The notes under the pieces were generated by a model. That model was not told where the DNA came from, made no database searches, and worked only from the letters and a program-made list of their open reading frames with translations. The position numbers and the translations under genes are program-made. From the NCBI RefSeq assembly GCF_004010195.1, contig NC_057719.1:5799319-5819318 (forward strand): 20,000 nucleotides of DNA, given 5' to 3'. Within the stretch, counting starts at the first letter, position 1, and each line of letters opens with the position of its first letter. Source of the stretch: Chiloscyllium plagiosum (lineage: Eukaryota). Shown here piece by piece: positions 1-10,975 of the stretch.

Positions 1-50
1 CTTCATCTAATCAATATGTGCAGGAATAGCTCACTCCAGTGTTGAGAAAT

Positions 51-362
51 AGATTTAGATTTAGATTAGATTACAGTGTGGAAACAGGCCCTTCGGCCCA
101 ACAAGTCCACACCGACCCGCCGAAGCGCAACCCACCCCTACATTTACCCCTTACCTAACACTACGGGCAATTTAGCATGGCCAATTCACCTAACCTGCAC
201 ATCTTTGGACTGTGGGAGGAAACCGGAACACCTGGAGGAAACCCACGCAGACACGGGGAGAACGTGCAAACTCCACACAGTCAGTCGCCTGAGGCGGGAA
301 TTGAACCCGGGTCTCTGGCGCTGTGAGGCAGCAGTGCTAACCACTGTGCCACCGTGCCGCCC
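51..362 (-). mobile_element. HE1-type (V-SINE) tRNA-derived SINE, full length, young subfamily
   Basis: Reverse complement starts GGGCGGCACGGTGGCACAGTGGTTAGCAC (A box), has B box GGTTCAATTCC, the central TGTGTGGAGTTTGCACGTTCTCCCCGTGTCTGCGTGGGTTTCC core, a CR1-like 3' end GGGCCGAAGGGCCTGTTTCC and a (TAATC/TAAATC)n tail. Possible TSD AATAG at 48-52 and 363-367. Confidence 0.92.
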
Positions 363-1019
363 AATAGGTTCTTATGTTTTGGTGGAAACAAACACTATTA
401 ACATTTTGTTGGAACTAAGCATCACCATAGACTGTTTAGTTCATACTGACCAAATATTCCTTTACTAAGTGTCAGTTTCTTTGGAACAATGATCTAATAC
501 TGTCCATCAATGATTACTTACAAACTTTCTTCTTTATAGGTTAGTGTTATTAGTGTACATATACATTAACGCATGTGTGCTGCTCCTCTGCTTTGGTGTT
601 CTTCAATTATTAAAACTCAGTCGTAAACCTAAAATTTTATCATTTACATTAATCTGTCTGTGGAGAATTGTACATTCTGATTCAAAATAATAAAAATCAG
701 AGATGCCTGGATCATGGCTGACAAATATTGGAAAGCTTTTCTTGCTGAATCAAGCCTCAAATCTAACGTTGTTATTAAAAATGCTTGATTTATTTTTGTA
801 TGATATAACCCAGCTGCAGAGACAATTGAAGCACATGCCTCGGATACTGATTGAATGAGTGATAAAAGGTAGATGACAAGCAAAATAGATTGAATCTTGG
901 AGCAATGTAGTTCAGTGTGAATGAATATATTCAATTTCTGCAGCCACCCCTAATCTGAGTTCCTGATCTAAGTGACAGGAATTAAAAATGCATGAGACAG
1001 AGGCAGCAGTTCTTTTCAG

Positions 1020-1160
1020 TCTGGGCAGCTGTGCCCAGATGGTGCCATAATCCTCCATTGTTTGACCAACAGATCATCGAAAAGCCTTAGAGCAGACGGT
1101 TAATGTTAGTGGCACAGGTGAAATGAGATTGTTTACATTGGAGAGGACAACTTGTAAACA
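1020..1160. promoter_or_regulatory. Candidate enhancer (transcription-factor motif cluster)
   Basis: CAGCTG 1026-1031, CAGATGG 1036-1042, TAATCC 1048-1053, CATTGTT 1056-1062, CAGGTG 1115-1120, TGTTTAC 1130-1136 and GTAAACA 1154-1160 in sequence not recognised as a repeat. Motif content only. Confidence 0.3.
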
Positions 1161-1492
1161 CTATATGACTGATGAATCGAAGGATGGTATACCCATAATT
1201 CACCAAACATCCAACATTACAGCTGTTTCCATTCCCAAACTTTGGCAACAGATGTTAGCTTCAAACCATCACACTGCATTGAAAACTCAAGACAATTAAT
1301 TATTCTGTGTCTACAGTATTTCATGTCACACTCAAGGTTGAAAAAGATATTCATGTTCAAACAGTGCAAAATAAAATTCAAATATAACTACTTTGTATCT
1401 TTTGAAATTCACAGACCTGCAAAATAAGTTAGTGCATTGAACACTTAAATTCCATTTTCTTCAGTAATAGAATTGACTTATCAGGATGTGAG

Positions 1493-1990
1493 GAGAACGT
1501 GAGGACTGCAGATGCTGGGGATCAGAGTTGAAAAGTATGACACTGGAAAAGCACAGCAGGTCAGGCAGCATCCAAGGAACAGGAGAGTCAGCATCATGAT
1601 TCTTGGTGAAGGACTAATGCTCAGTGGTTAGCACTGCTGCCTCGCAGCACCAGGGATCCGCGTTTGATTCCAGCCTCGGGTGACTGTTTATGTGGAGTTT
1701 GCACACTCTCCCCGTGTCTGCGTGGGTTCTCTCTGGTGCTCCAGTTTCGTTCCATAGTCTGGAGATGTGCAGGTTAGGTGAATTGGCTATGCTAAATTTC
1801 CCCTAGTATTCAGGGATGTGTAGCTTAGGTGCATTAGTCAGGGGTAAATGTAGAGTAATAGGTAGAATTGGTCTGGATGTGTACTAGTTGGAGGGTTGAT
1901 GTGGGCTTGTTGGGCCAAATGGACTGTTTCCACACTAGAGATTCTGTGAATCCTTGGCTGCTGCCTGACCTGTTGCGCTTTTCTAGCCCA
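1493..1990 (+). mobile_element. Non-autonomous palindromic Penelope-derived element, interrupted by an HE1 SINE
   Basis: 36-bp inverted arms 1543-1578 and 1951-1986 (4 mismatches). The right arm matches the Penelope 3' end near 13647-13682. Decayed HHR 5' half TCTTGGTGAAGGACTAATGC at 1601-1620. Confidence 0.75.
1621..1950 (+). mobile_element. HE1-type SINE, older diverged subfamily, slightly 5' truncated
   Basis: TCAGTGGTTAGCACTGCTGCCTC head, GTGGAGTTTGCAC...CCCCGTGTCTGCGTGGGTT core and GGGCCAAATGGACTGTTTCCACACT 3' end; tail differs from the 51-362 copy. Confidence 0.9.
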
Positions 1991-2419
1991 AACTTGTAAG
2001 GAGATAAGGTTAACTTGAATCATAGTAATTGTAATAAACGTTGAACTGAATAATAATATAGTTCACTGGAGGATTGAATAAAAACGCCAGCCAGATTTTC
2101 AGGCACACTTTCAGCAGTAGAGGTAATGAAAGCACTAATTAACAAGTTGGTATCTGTTTCTATCTCCCATATTCACTGCCTTATCCAATTGCCAGTAATC
2201 TCAGAACTCATCTTCAGTGATCCACAAGCTGCCCAGTTAGCTACTGAAAATCCTTCTTACTGAAAATAAGTCTTTCCCTATTGCAAGGTGCCTAGCATAT
2301 CTTGGAACTATCTGTTCCATAAATGTTACCTATAATAGATTGTTGGCTTGCTCAGGACAAAATTGGATACAAATAGACAATTCTATCACAAACAGAAATT
2401 GGCTATCTCTGGTCATGGA

Positions 2420-2492
2420 GGCTGGCTGAGCAGAGTGTTCCAGTATTTTCTATTATAAATTCAGATTTCTTGCATCTGGAACATTTTGCTTT
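2420..2492 (+). mobile_element. Highly decayed right half of the element family seen at 6135-6305
   Basis: TTCCAGTATTTTCTATTATAAATTCAGATTTCTTGCATCTGGAACATTTTGCTTT resembles 6249-6305. Confidence 0.4.
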
Positions 2493-2827
2493 AGTTTTAA
2501 ATTTACTTTTGAAGTGTAGCTAGTGCTATAAATGAGGGAAACATAGTAGCCACTTTGCATACAAGAAGTGGCTAGTTTAAGTGTTTTTAGAATTGTTTGA
2601 GAGACAAAGATTTAGGTGATTCAAGAGGGAGGGGGCAGGTAATTAATGACTTAGGTTTAAACTTGTGCATTAAAACAATGTTAAGACTGAAAGCTGAGGA
2701 ATTCCACCAAAATGAAAGAATGAGCTAAATATTGGACAGCACGATGAGCCTTGATTTCAAAACTGTCATTGCACTGAGATTTAACGAGATATTAACTAGC
2801 AATACTGGCAGTCATGGTTCATAACCG

Positions 2828-2951
2828 GTGAAAGTGGGTACTGCAGATGCTGAAGATTAGAGGTTCCTGATGAAGGGCTTTTGCACGAAACATCAATCTT
2901 CCTGCTCCCGGATGCTGCCTGAACCGTTGTGCTTTTCCGACACTAATCTTG
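2828..2951 (+). mobile_element. Internally deleted Penelope-derived element with HHR motif
   Basis: Starts like the 1493 element (GAAAGTGGGTACTGCAGATGCTG), then jumps to TTCCTGATGAAGGGCTTTTGCACGAAACATC and GGATGCTGCCTGAACCGTTGTGCTTTTCC, matching 13604-13680. Confidence 0.75.
2867..2894 (+). ncRNA. Minimal hammerhead ribozyme motif, decayed
   Basis: CTGATGA-A-GGGC-TTTT-GCAC-GAAA-CATC; one stem II mismatch and CGTC changed to CATC, consistent with CpG decay. Confidence 0.6.
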
Positions 2952-4133
2952 GTTTATAACAAATAGAACAAATAATATTGCTTTTCTTTGCTTTCTGTAG
3001 GATCTTTAGCTACAGATGGATTGACATTTTATTGATGCAGAAATCTGCATTTCAGCAGCTTGTCTTATTTATCTGATTAACCTACAGACTGTATCCCTTC
3101 TGTATGAAAACAATTTGTATCTAAAATGTATAATCTATTATGAATAATCTAACCCCTTGGATTCACCATTTTCTAGATTTCAAATCTTAGAAGCCATACC
3201 TAATTTAACTAGTTGATTTTCCACTGAAAGTTTTGATGCACGTGCCCCTCTGCACATTTCTGATGTGTGGCTTTTGATGTTGATGGAAAAACTATTTTCA
3301 GATGACATTAATTTTCTTTGTCTTCAAAAGACTTGGAAAGAGATGGTAAACCAATTACTAAGATAGACTGCATGTGATTGTTTGCTCCAAAATCACATGT
3401 TCATGTATCATGATTGATATTGAGGTTAACTTATAATGGAGGGTGCTGAGAACAAAAACTCTGCTTCACAGAAGGTAAGCAGGGACAACTTAGAGAAGTC
3501 AAGAAAAATGACTGAGCAGATTCTACCTCCACTACCACAGAAGATCATTTACATTACAACCACAGAAACAATATGAATCAATCTTTCTCCATTGTACTGG
3601 AGTTACGTTACAAGTGCAGCTTGAAACCAGACACAGGTCAACATGACACTGGAATAAGGTGGAATGTATCACTGAAAGGAAAAGGTCATCTTCACAAGCT
3701 GCTGATGGAACCACTTGGTAATCTCTTTACTACTGTAACTCAACATGTACTATTTTTTGCCTCTGTTCTAACAGAAGCAGCATTAAACTCTCTTGTGAAT
3801 AAGACTCATTGGGGAGGCAATATTATTAACAATGATTTTAAGGTCCAGTGCACTGGATTCTAATTTCTCCTTTGGGAAACATCAAGGTTCTGAAGGAAGT
3901 GTACACTTTTACTCCAGACAATCAGAACATCTATTATCACCAATACTCAAATAAATCTAGTGGAGCACCTGTGGGAAAATATATCAGTGACAAATTAGAT
4001 TGCTGAGGAGCATCCTGACACAATATCTCTGATGATTGCTTTGTCATATATATGTGAAAAATGAAATCTTTGATTAGTCCTTGTTGGGGATGAGAAAAAT
4101 ACTGGAAAAACAGCAGTATAGCTCCAGTGGTAT

Positions 4134-4238
4134 TAGAAACGTAGAAATTAGGTGCAGGAGTAGGCCATTTGGCCCATTGAGTCTGAAACACCATTCATTA
4201 CACTCATGACTGATCATGCAATCTCAGTATCCCATTCC
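4134..4238 (-). mobile_element. CR1 LINE 3' end fragment
   Basis: TAGGTGCAGGAGTAGGCCATTTGGCCC...TGATCATGCAAT; homologous to the 5' part of 19708-19956 and to the reverse complement of 9920-10003. Confidence 0.75.
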
Positions 4239-4241
4239 GTC

Positions 4242-4650
4242 TGTGCTTCCTCCAAGTATTGTTCAACATGGAGGAACACTAATTTATCAGCTGAGGAAGG
4301 GTGGTATATGGTTATTAGTAGGAGGTTTCCTTACTCATGTTTGACCTGAAGTAATGAACTTCCTGGGGTCCAGTTGAGAGCTCCCTGGGCAACTCTCCCG
4401 ACTGTATACCATTGTGGCACCAACTCTGCCGGGTCTGTTTTGCTGATGGGACAGGATATATCCAGGGAAGTGATGGTGGGGCTTGGGGCATTGTAAGGTA
4501 TAATTCCATGATTGAGTACATTAGACTTGCTTAACTAGAGATAGCTCTTCCAATTTTGACACCTGCCCCAGATATTCATAAGGAGGACTTTGCAGGTTCA
4601 ATAGTGCTGTTTCTGCAATTGTTTTCAGTTGAGGTCAGGTGGTCCAACTA
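4242..4650 (-). mobile_element. LINE (CR1/L2 group) ORF2 AP-endonuclease fragment, decayed
   Basis: Minus strand around 4395-4470 reads PGYILSHQQNRPGRVGATMVYSRE, resembling the IPGY...DR...GGG.V.Y endonuclease motif; frameshifts and stops present. Confidence 0.65.
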
Positions 4651-4669
4651 GTATCAAGTATTGTAAATA

Positions 4670-4926
4670 AATGGTGTTGGGATTTTATATTGTCCTGCGT
4701 TTTGAAATCCTTCAAACTATGGAAAAAGCTATACTTATTGTATTTTATCTTTATTTCCTTTGTGTGATAAACTTCTGTTTTATTGTTAATCCAAACCTGC
4801 AGCATTGCCTACTCGTGTTTCAGTGAAAGACCACCATGTTAAATATATATTTAAAAAATGATCTAGTAAGCCAGATTTCAGTCTGGGATCTGACTTGTCC
4901 AGTTAGAACATCAGCTGGAATCAATA
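4670..4926 (+). mobile_element. Possible LTR 3' portion, decayed
   Basis: GATAAACTTCTGTTTTATTG poly(A)-like region and a terminal GATCTGACTTGTCCAG...CATCAGCTGGAATC segment resembling shark LTR-type repeats. Recollection only. Confidence 0.3.
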
Positions 4927-5599
4927 TATGGTGCGAGTATTCTGGCAACTTTCTATATGTTCACCAAATACAATGCTCTCTAATGTCCCTCTCCAAATAC
5001 TGCCAACTTCACTGAAGTTTCCTTATAGAATTTTATTTAAAAAGTCCTGACCACTTAAACTGATAAAACAAAGTTACAACTAATTTTGAGCTCTGAAAGC
5101 CTGGCCAACTACAAACTGAACTGCTGCTCTATTCATATGATACTTTGCTTCATAACTGAACCTACCCCAGCAATGTAGTCTGTGTAGGTCTTAAAAATCT
5201 TTAACTTTATAAACACTTCATTGATTAACTGCCCAGGTAGCTGATTGAGACATTTAACATACTTTCTTGGAAAAAAGTTTCCTTTCGCTTTCCGAACTCT
5301 CTTTCATGTTCACAGTACTAAAACTAAAATACATTTTTCTGTACTTTAAAATACAAATTCCCAAATGATAAATAAATATACACTGTTATTACAGCTTGAA
5401 TTGCCTTTCTTGCTAACTGATTTCAAATGTTACTTAATGTTCAAACTGACACGCTGTTAATGATGAAGCAGATATATGGCTTAAAATCTGATGTTGAATT
5501 GTATATCTCCAGTTTAAATTTAGAATCCAAATACCATAAATTTTACATTTTCAAATTCAATAAAATTGAAAACTTTTTGGTTCACAAGTTTTTTGAAAA

Positions 5600-5890
5600 G
5601 AATTCATTCATGGGATGTGGGTATTGCAGAGTCGACCAGCATCTAGGCAGTTAAGAGTAAACCACATTGCTGTGGGTCTGGAGTCGCTGTAAGCCAGATC
5701 TGGTAGGGATAGCTGTTTTCTTCCAAGAAGTGAATTGGCAATCAATAATGGATCCATGGTCTTCATTAGACGCTTAAATGCAGATTTTTTTTTTATTGAT
5801 TCAAATTCCACCATCTGTCATGGTGTTTTGAACCTGGGTCCCCAGAACATTAATAATCCAGCATTAATACCGTTAGGGCATTGACCCCCC
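5600..5890 (-). mobile_element. tRNA-derived SINE (non-HE1 family)
   Basis: Minus strand has a degenerate A box TGCCCTAACGG, B box GGTTCAAAAC, body GACTCCAGACCCACAGCAATGTGG shared with about 10555-10578, and tail CCCACATCCCATGAATGAAT similar to the LINE tail at 7885-7915. Confidence 0.75.
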
Positions 5891-6134
5891 CCCCCAAGTT
5901 TTCATGCTCACTTTCTGTTTGTTTCTTTCAATTGTCTTTCCTAAAGACATTTTCTCGTTTATTGTCTCCTCTTCTTTACCATCCTCCCTCTCCTCTCCAG
6001 GAAGACGCTCATTATCATTTGTATTTTAACTCGTTTCAGCCTTCATTAATTTTTTGCTAGTCTTCCCTGTAATTGATGCTCTTTCTCCCCACAAACAGGT
6101 GCTGTTCTCCAATTTTTAAGCTCTAAGAATATCC

Positions 6135-6305
6135 AAAAACAGAAATTACTCAGATCTGGCAGCATCTGCATAGATTCCAAAGAAGAGTCCCTGGACCTGA
6201 AATGTTAACTCTGACTTCTCTCCACAGATGTTGCCAGACTCCTGAGTTTTCCCAGCAATTTATGTTTTTATTTCTGATTTCCAGTATCCACATTTCATTG
6301 CTTTT
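6135..6305 (+). mobile_element. Palindromic Penelope-derived element (second family) with decayed HHR between the arms
   Basis: TCTGGCAGCATCTG 6155-6168 is inverted at 6225-6238 (1 mismatch) and extends imperfectly outwards. Between the arms lies CCAAAGA-AGAGTCCCTGGACCT-GAAA-TGTT. Confidence 0.65.
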
Positions 6306-6814
6306 TAAAATCCCCAACAATATCCACATCTTCAGCCCTGGCCTAATCCTTATTAAATTGTTTGGCTGAGTTTTGAATTCATGAGACTTGGGCTGCTATC
6401 ATTTTTCTAATTGTTCCATATATCATCTCAGCATTGGTCATTTAGTCTGTTTGCAGTTACTGGTGTACATGGTTCAATGTATCGAAATTAAATTGCTAGT
6501 GCCAACGTTTGTGCAGTAAACAATTGTAGTTATTGTACAGCTTGCTACAGAACTGGTCTTCATGCCTTTCACAGTAATAAGATCACACTGAATATGCATC
6601 AGCTTGTTAGCATTATGTTTTTCAGTCAATACTAATGTCAGTTGCCTAGCTAACAAGCTGTAGATATAGTATATTTTAGGGATTGTTTTCTTACTGAGAA
6701 ACATCAGCAATATAACATAGAGCTGCATTTCAGCAGTCTGTGACATATGTCTACTGAGAGCCAGCCAGCAGGTTCAACATAGCAATTCATTTTTATATGG
6801 AATTGCTTTGAATT

Positions 6815-7200
6815 TACAGTATTGAAATAGGCCATTTGATGTAACGAGACTCTGTTGATGTTTGTCTGCTACACAAGTCTCCTCCTACCTTACTTCACCT
6901 CACCCTCTAATCTATCTTCTATTCCCTCTTCTGCATATCCTTATCTACTTTATCTTCAAATGCATCTATTCATCTCAAACATCACTTGGGGTTGCACATT
7001 CCAAACTAACCACTTTCTGGCTAAAGATGTTTCTCCTGAATTCCTGATTGAATTTATTGGAGACGATCTGACAGTTATGTTTTGAAGCTTTAGACTAGCA
7101 TCTTTTCTGTGTTTGACCCAATACATAATTTCATATGTTTAAAGACATCTTGTGCAATCTATTGGCTTCCTGTTTCTTGAAGCTTGTTCAATATATTCCT
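6815..7200 (-). mobile_element. Old CR1 LINE 3' region
   Basis: TACAGTATTGAAATAGGCCATTTG terminus; CACTTTCTGGCTAAAGATGTTTCTCCT closely matches CR1 sequence at about 13272-13298. Confidence 0.65.
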
Positions 7201-7387
7201 GAAGGTTGACCAGAACTGAGAGGTTATAACTGTTTATCATTCAGAACTATCAGCTGACTAATAAAGTTAGTTAAATAGCAGTCTTCAGGAAGATACCTAT
7301 CTTAAGATAGTAGAGGGGACAGACAAGGTGACTCTCTTAGTCCCCCTTCGCAAAAAGAAAGAACAATTGGCTTCAATTCCACCAATA

Positions 7388-7917
7388 TCCCACAATTTAA
7401 AGGCATAAGTCAGGAGTATATTGGAATACTCTCTCCTTTCATTGAAGGATACAGCTCCAACAACACTCAAGAAGTTTGACAGGGTAAAGCAGCTCGCTTG
7501 ATTGGCACCACATCTACAAGCATCCACTCCCTCCACCACTGACGCTCAGTAGCAGCAGTGTGTACTATCTTCAAGCTGCACTGCAGAAATTCATAAAAGA
7601 TCCTTCCAAACTTACGAACACTTCCATCTCGAAGGACGAGGGTACATGAAAACACGATATATGAGAGCACCATCACCTGCAAGTTCCTCTCCAAGGCACT
7701 CATCATCCTGACTTGGAAATATAATACCTTTCCTTCACTCTGGCTGGGTCAAAATTCTGGAGTTCTCTCCATAAGGGAATTGTGGGTCAACCTACAGCTT
7801 GTGGACTGCAGGAGTTCAAAAAGGCTGCTTACCCAACCTTCTCAATGGCAACTATGGGCAGGCAATAAAACACTGGCTAGCCAGCGATGTCCACGTCCCG
7901 CAAGTGAATAACAAAAA
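7388..7917 (+). mobile_element. LINE (CR1/L2 group) 3' end: ORF2 C-terminus and 3' UTR
   Basis: Decayed frame FKGISQEY / VRSILEYS / TAPTTLKKFD / KAARLIGT, typical of the post-RT region; ends GCCAGCGATGTCCACGTCCCGCAAGTGAATAACAAAAA. Confidence 0.75.
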
Positions 7918-8669
7918 CTATTTTTGCAGCCAAATAGTGACTCTGTCTCTGTTCTGGGAAACAAGAAATGAAACGTATTGCAATTCTCCCATCTTAATTG
8001 CATAAATTGTAGAGCATATTTTTATCATTTACACCATTTTCATTAAAACAATGAGGCTCCCATTGAAACTCATTAGAAGAGAAAAGGCCTTTTCATTGTG
8101 ATGTTGAGTTTCTCAACAAGAAAATAGCATTGTAATTTTCTTTGTGCTATGAGCCACATTTAGATTCTCAATTTGGTCATAGTATTGATATCCATCTGTC
8201 TAAGTGGTACTCCTTTATTAACTCTTTGGTGAATTTCCATATTACTGAAATGTAAATGTTTTTACTAAGCGACAATAACTAATTTATATTATAGTGCTAA
8301 TATTTTTGTTCTAACTGTGAATGGACTGTGCTCTCAACCTGCACATTTAGATCAGTGAACTGATTTTAACATTATCATCTTGACATGAGGGATGGTCTAT
8401 GCATAGACTTGTAAGAACAAATATGACATTGTGCAAACTGCTCATACACAGCTGTCCTGGTGTGCTGCCAGAACAATATAAATTGGCGAATTTACAAACA
8501 GGAACATGGATGGAAAGAACCGGTTGATTCATTTCAGTGTAGAGATACCTTAATAAACATCTCTGATCCCATACCATTACACCAGATACAGTTTAGTTCT
8601 GTTTATAATGCTGGCACTTCTCCTTGGCAGGGAAAGAAATGTAAAAGAAATCCCATAGTGTTAAGGGAA

Positions 8670-8743
8670 CTATAGGAATGATACAACACAGAAGGGGGCC
8701 ATTCTGGTCACCTTGTTTATGCTGACTCACAGACACCCAGGCG
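8670..8743 (-). mobile_element. Old CR1 3' terminus; probably continues at 10004-10110 beyond the inserted CR1
   Basis: ATAGGAATGATACAACACAGAAGGGGGCCATTCTGGTC has the CR1 3'-end pattern; 10043-10075 (TTCTCCATCCCTGGCAACATCTCTGAACACTCT) resembles 15397-15440. Confidence 0.5.
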
Positions 8744-10003
8744 CACTTTTTAAGAAAGGTGGGCGAGAGAAAGCAGGAAATTATAGTTAGTCTGACCTCA
8801 GTGGTGGGAAAGATGCTGGAGTCTATTATAAAGGACGAAATTACTGCACATCTGGATAGTAGTAACAGGATAGGACAGAGTCAGCATGGATTTATGAAGG
8901 GGAAATCATGCTTGACTAATCTTTTTGAATTTTTTGAGGATGTAACAATGAAGTTGGACGAGGGAAATCCAGTAGAGGTAGTGTACCTGGACTTTCAGAA
9001 AGCTTTTGAAAAAGTCCCACACAGGAGGTTAGTGAGTAAAATTAGGGCGCATGGTATTGGGGGCAAAGTACTAGATTGGATTGAAAATTGGTTGGCTAAT
9101 AGGAAACAAAGGGTAGTGATAAACGGCTCCATTTCAGAATGGCAGACAGTGACCGGTGGGGTACCGCAGGGATCCGTGCTGGGACCACAGCTATTTACAA
9201 TATATTGTAATGATATAGAAGATGGTATCAGCAATAACATTAGCAAATTTGCTGATGACACAAAGCTGGGTGGCAGGGTGAAATGTGAGGAGGATGTTAG
9301 GAGATTACAGGGTGACCTAGACAGGTTAGGTGAGTGGGCAGATGCATGGCAAATGCAGTTTAANNNNNNNNNNNNNNNNNNNNNNNNNNNNNNNNNNNNN
9401 NNNNNNNNNNNNNNNNNNNNNNNNNNNNNNNNNNNNNNNNNNNNNNNNNNNNNNNNNNNNNNNNNNNNNNNNNNNNNNNNNNNNNNNNNNNNNNNNNNNN
9501 NNNNNNNNNNNNNNNNNNNNNNNNNNNNNNNNNNNNNNNNNNNNNNNNNNNNNNNNNNNNNNNNNNNNNNNNNNNNNNNNNNNNNNNNNNNNNNNNNNNN
9601 NNNNNNNNNNNNNNNNNNNNNNNNNNNNNNNNNNNNNNNNNNNNNNNNNNNNNNNNNNNNNNNNNNNNNNNNNNNNNNNNNNNNNNNNNNNNNNNNNNNN
9701 NNNNNNNNNNNNNNNNNNNNNNNNNNNNNNNNNNNNNNNNNNNNNNNNNNNNNNNNNNNNNNNNNNNNNNNNNNNNNNNNNNNNNNNNNNNNNNNNNNNN
9801 NNNNNNNNNNNNNNNNNNNNNNNNNNTCTCTGGATTCATTTAAGGAAGGATTGGATAGAGCTCTCAAAGATAGTGGAATCAAGAGTTATGGAGATAAGGC
9901 AGGAACAGGATACTGATTAGGAATGATCAGCCGTTATTATATTGAATGGCGGTGCAGGCTCGAAGGCCTGAATAGCCTACTCCTGCACCTATTGTCTATT
10001 GTC
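8744..10003 (+). mobile_element. CR1 LINE, 5'-truncated, young; reverse-transcriptase domain (spans 463-N gap)
   Basis: SLTSVVGKMLESII, QHGFMKGKSCLTNL, VYLDFQKAFEKVPH, GVPQGSVLGP and KFADDTK motifs; ORF2 stop at 9914-9916; (CTATTGT)n tail. A small deletion near 8786 shifts the frame in NYRPVS. Confidence 0.95.
9364..9826. other. Assembly gap (463 N)
   Basis: Run of N inside the CR1 copy. Confidence 1.
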
Positions 10004-10527
10004 AAACAGCTCCAGCCTCCCAAATTGTCCTCGTAGCTACAGTTCTCCATCCCTGGCAACATCTCTGAACACTCTGCAGAGCAATTATGTTCTTACATAT
10101 TAGCAGCTGATTCCCAAGCCAAATTGGTGGAATAGGACTTCTCAAGCAATGGTGTGCAAAATGATAGAGAAGTTCAGGTAATCCATTAGTGGAAATCTTC
10201 ACATGCAGGTGTTTAATCTTCTGTGCGATCAATTTCACAGAGCACCAGAGGTTTTTAAAACATGTTGAAAGCAATGATGATGAAGATGTCAGCTGGCTGT
10301 TTGGTTTTGTATATAATCCCAATTTCAGAATTAAGCAGCCTTGAGTGAGATTAGAAGAGTTGGTTATGTTACCAAATAGTGAATGCAGATACCTGAATTC
10401 TGGCAAAAGCTGTCTAGCTTATTCAAAAAGGAAAAAAGTGAGCAATGAGTTAGGATTGACATTTCAGGGGGGCATTGGACAACTATGGAACATTGGCAAT
10501 AATTGCAGGTGAATTTCTTATTGCTCA

Positions 10528-10975
10528 AGTCCTTACCTGGTCTGACCTACCTGTAACTCCAGACCCACAGCAATGTGGTTGACTCTTAACTGGCCTCTAG
10601 GTGGCACAGTGGTTAGCACTGCTGCCTCGCAGCGCCAGAGATCCGGGTTCAATTCCCGCCTCAGGCGACTGACTGTGTGGAGTTTGCACGTTCTCCCCGT
10701 GTCTGCGTGGGTTTCCTCCGGGTGCTCCGGTTTCCTCCCACAGTCCAAAGATGTGCAGGTCAGGTGAATTGGCCATGCTAAATTGCCCGTAGTGTTGGGT
10801 AAGGGGTAAATGTAGGGGTATGGGTGGGTTACGCTTCGGCGGGTCGGTGTGGACTTGTTGGGCCGAAGGGCCTGTTTCCACACTGTAAAGTAATCTAATC
10901 TAATCTAATCTAGGCAATTAAGGATGGGCAATGAATACCGACCTAGCCAGAAATGGCCTTATCCCGTAAATGAAG
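10528..10975 (+). mobile_element. 3' half of the non-HE1 SINE family, split by an HE1 insertion
   Basis: GTCCTTACCTGGTCTG...AACTGGCCTCTAG, then HE1, then GCAATTAAGGATGGGCAATGAATACC...; the left part matches the reverse complement of 5645-5710. Confidence 0.75.
10601..10911 (+). mobile_element. HE1-type SINE, young subfamily
   Basis: Near-identical to the reverse complement of 51-362, lacking about 10 5' bases; (TAATC)n tail; TSD TCTAGG at 10596-10601 and 10909-10914. Confidence 0.93.

Noticed and set aside
76..468. 130-aa ORF and its near twin at 10533-10883 (MWKQALRPNKS...)
   Set aside because: Both are antisense readings of HE1 SINE copies, not a duplicated gene.
1169..1182. CTGATGAATCGAAG as a hammerhead
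   Set aside because: No stem II, and GAAG instead of GAAA.
3887..3915. GTTCTGAAGGAAGTGTACAC resembling an HHR-element start
   Set aside because: Core incomplete, with no GAAA box or family arm.
7297..7310. 14-bp palindrome CTATCTTAAGATAG
   Set aside because: AT-rich, isolated and compatible with chance.
8347..8675. Short overlapping ORFs
   Set aside because: No domain resemblance and no convincing splice pair.
8759..9920. Long ORFs spanning the N run, as an intact RT gene, retron or DGR-like system
   Set aside because: Length is inflated by Ns; the motifs and tail are standard 5'-truncated CR1 ORF2.
10240..10345. Open frame HQRFLKHVESNDDEDVSWLFGFVYNP after a TTTCACAG acceptor-like site
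   Set aside because: No recognisable homology; a stop precedes the donor-like site.
10601..10665. tRNA-like A/B boxes in HE1 heads
   Set aside because: SINE promoters, not tRNA genes; no full cloverleaf.
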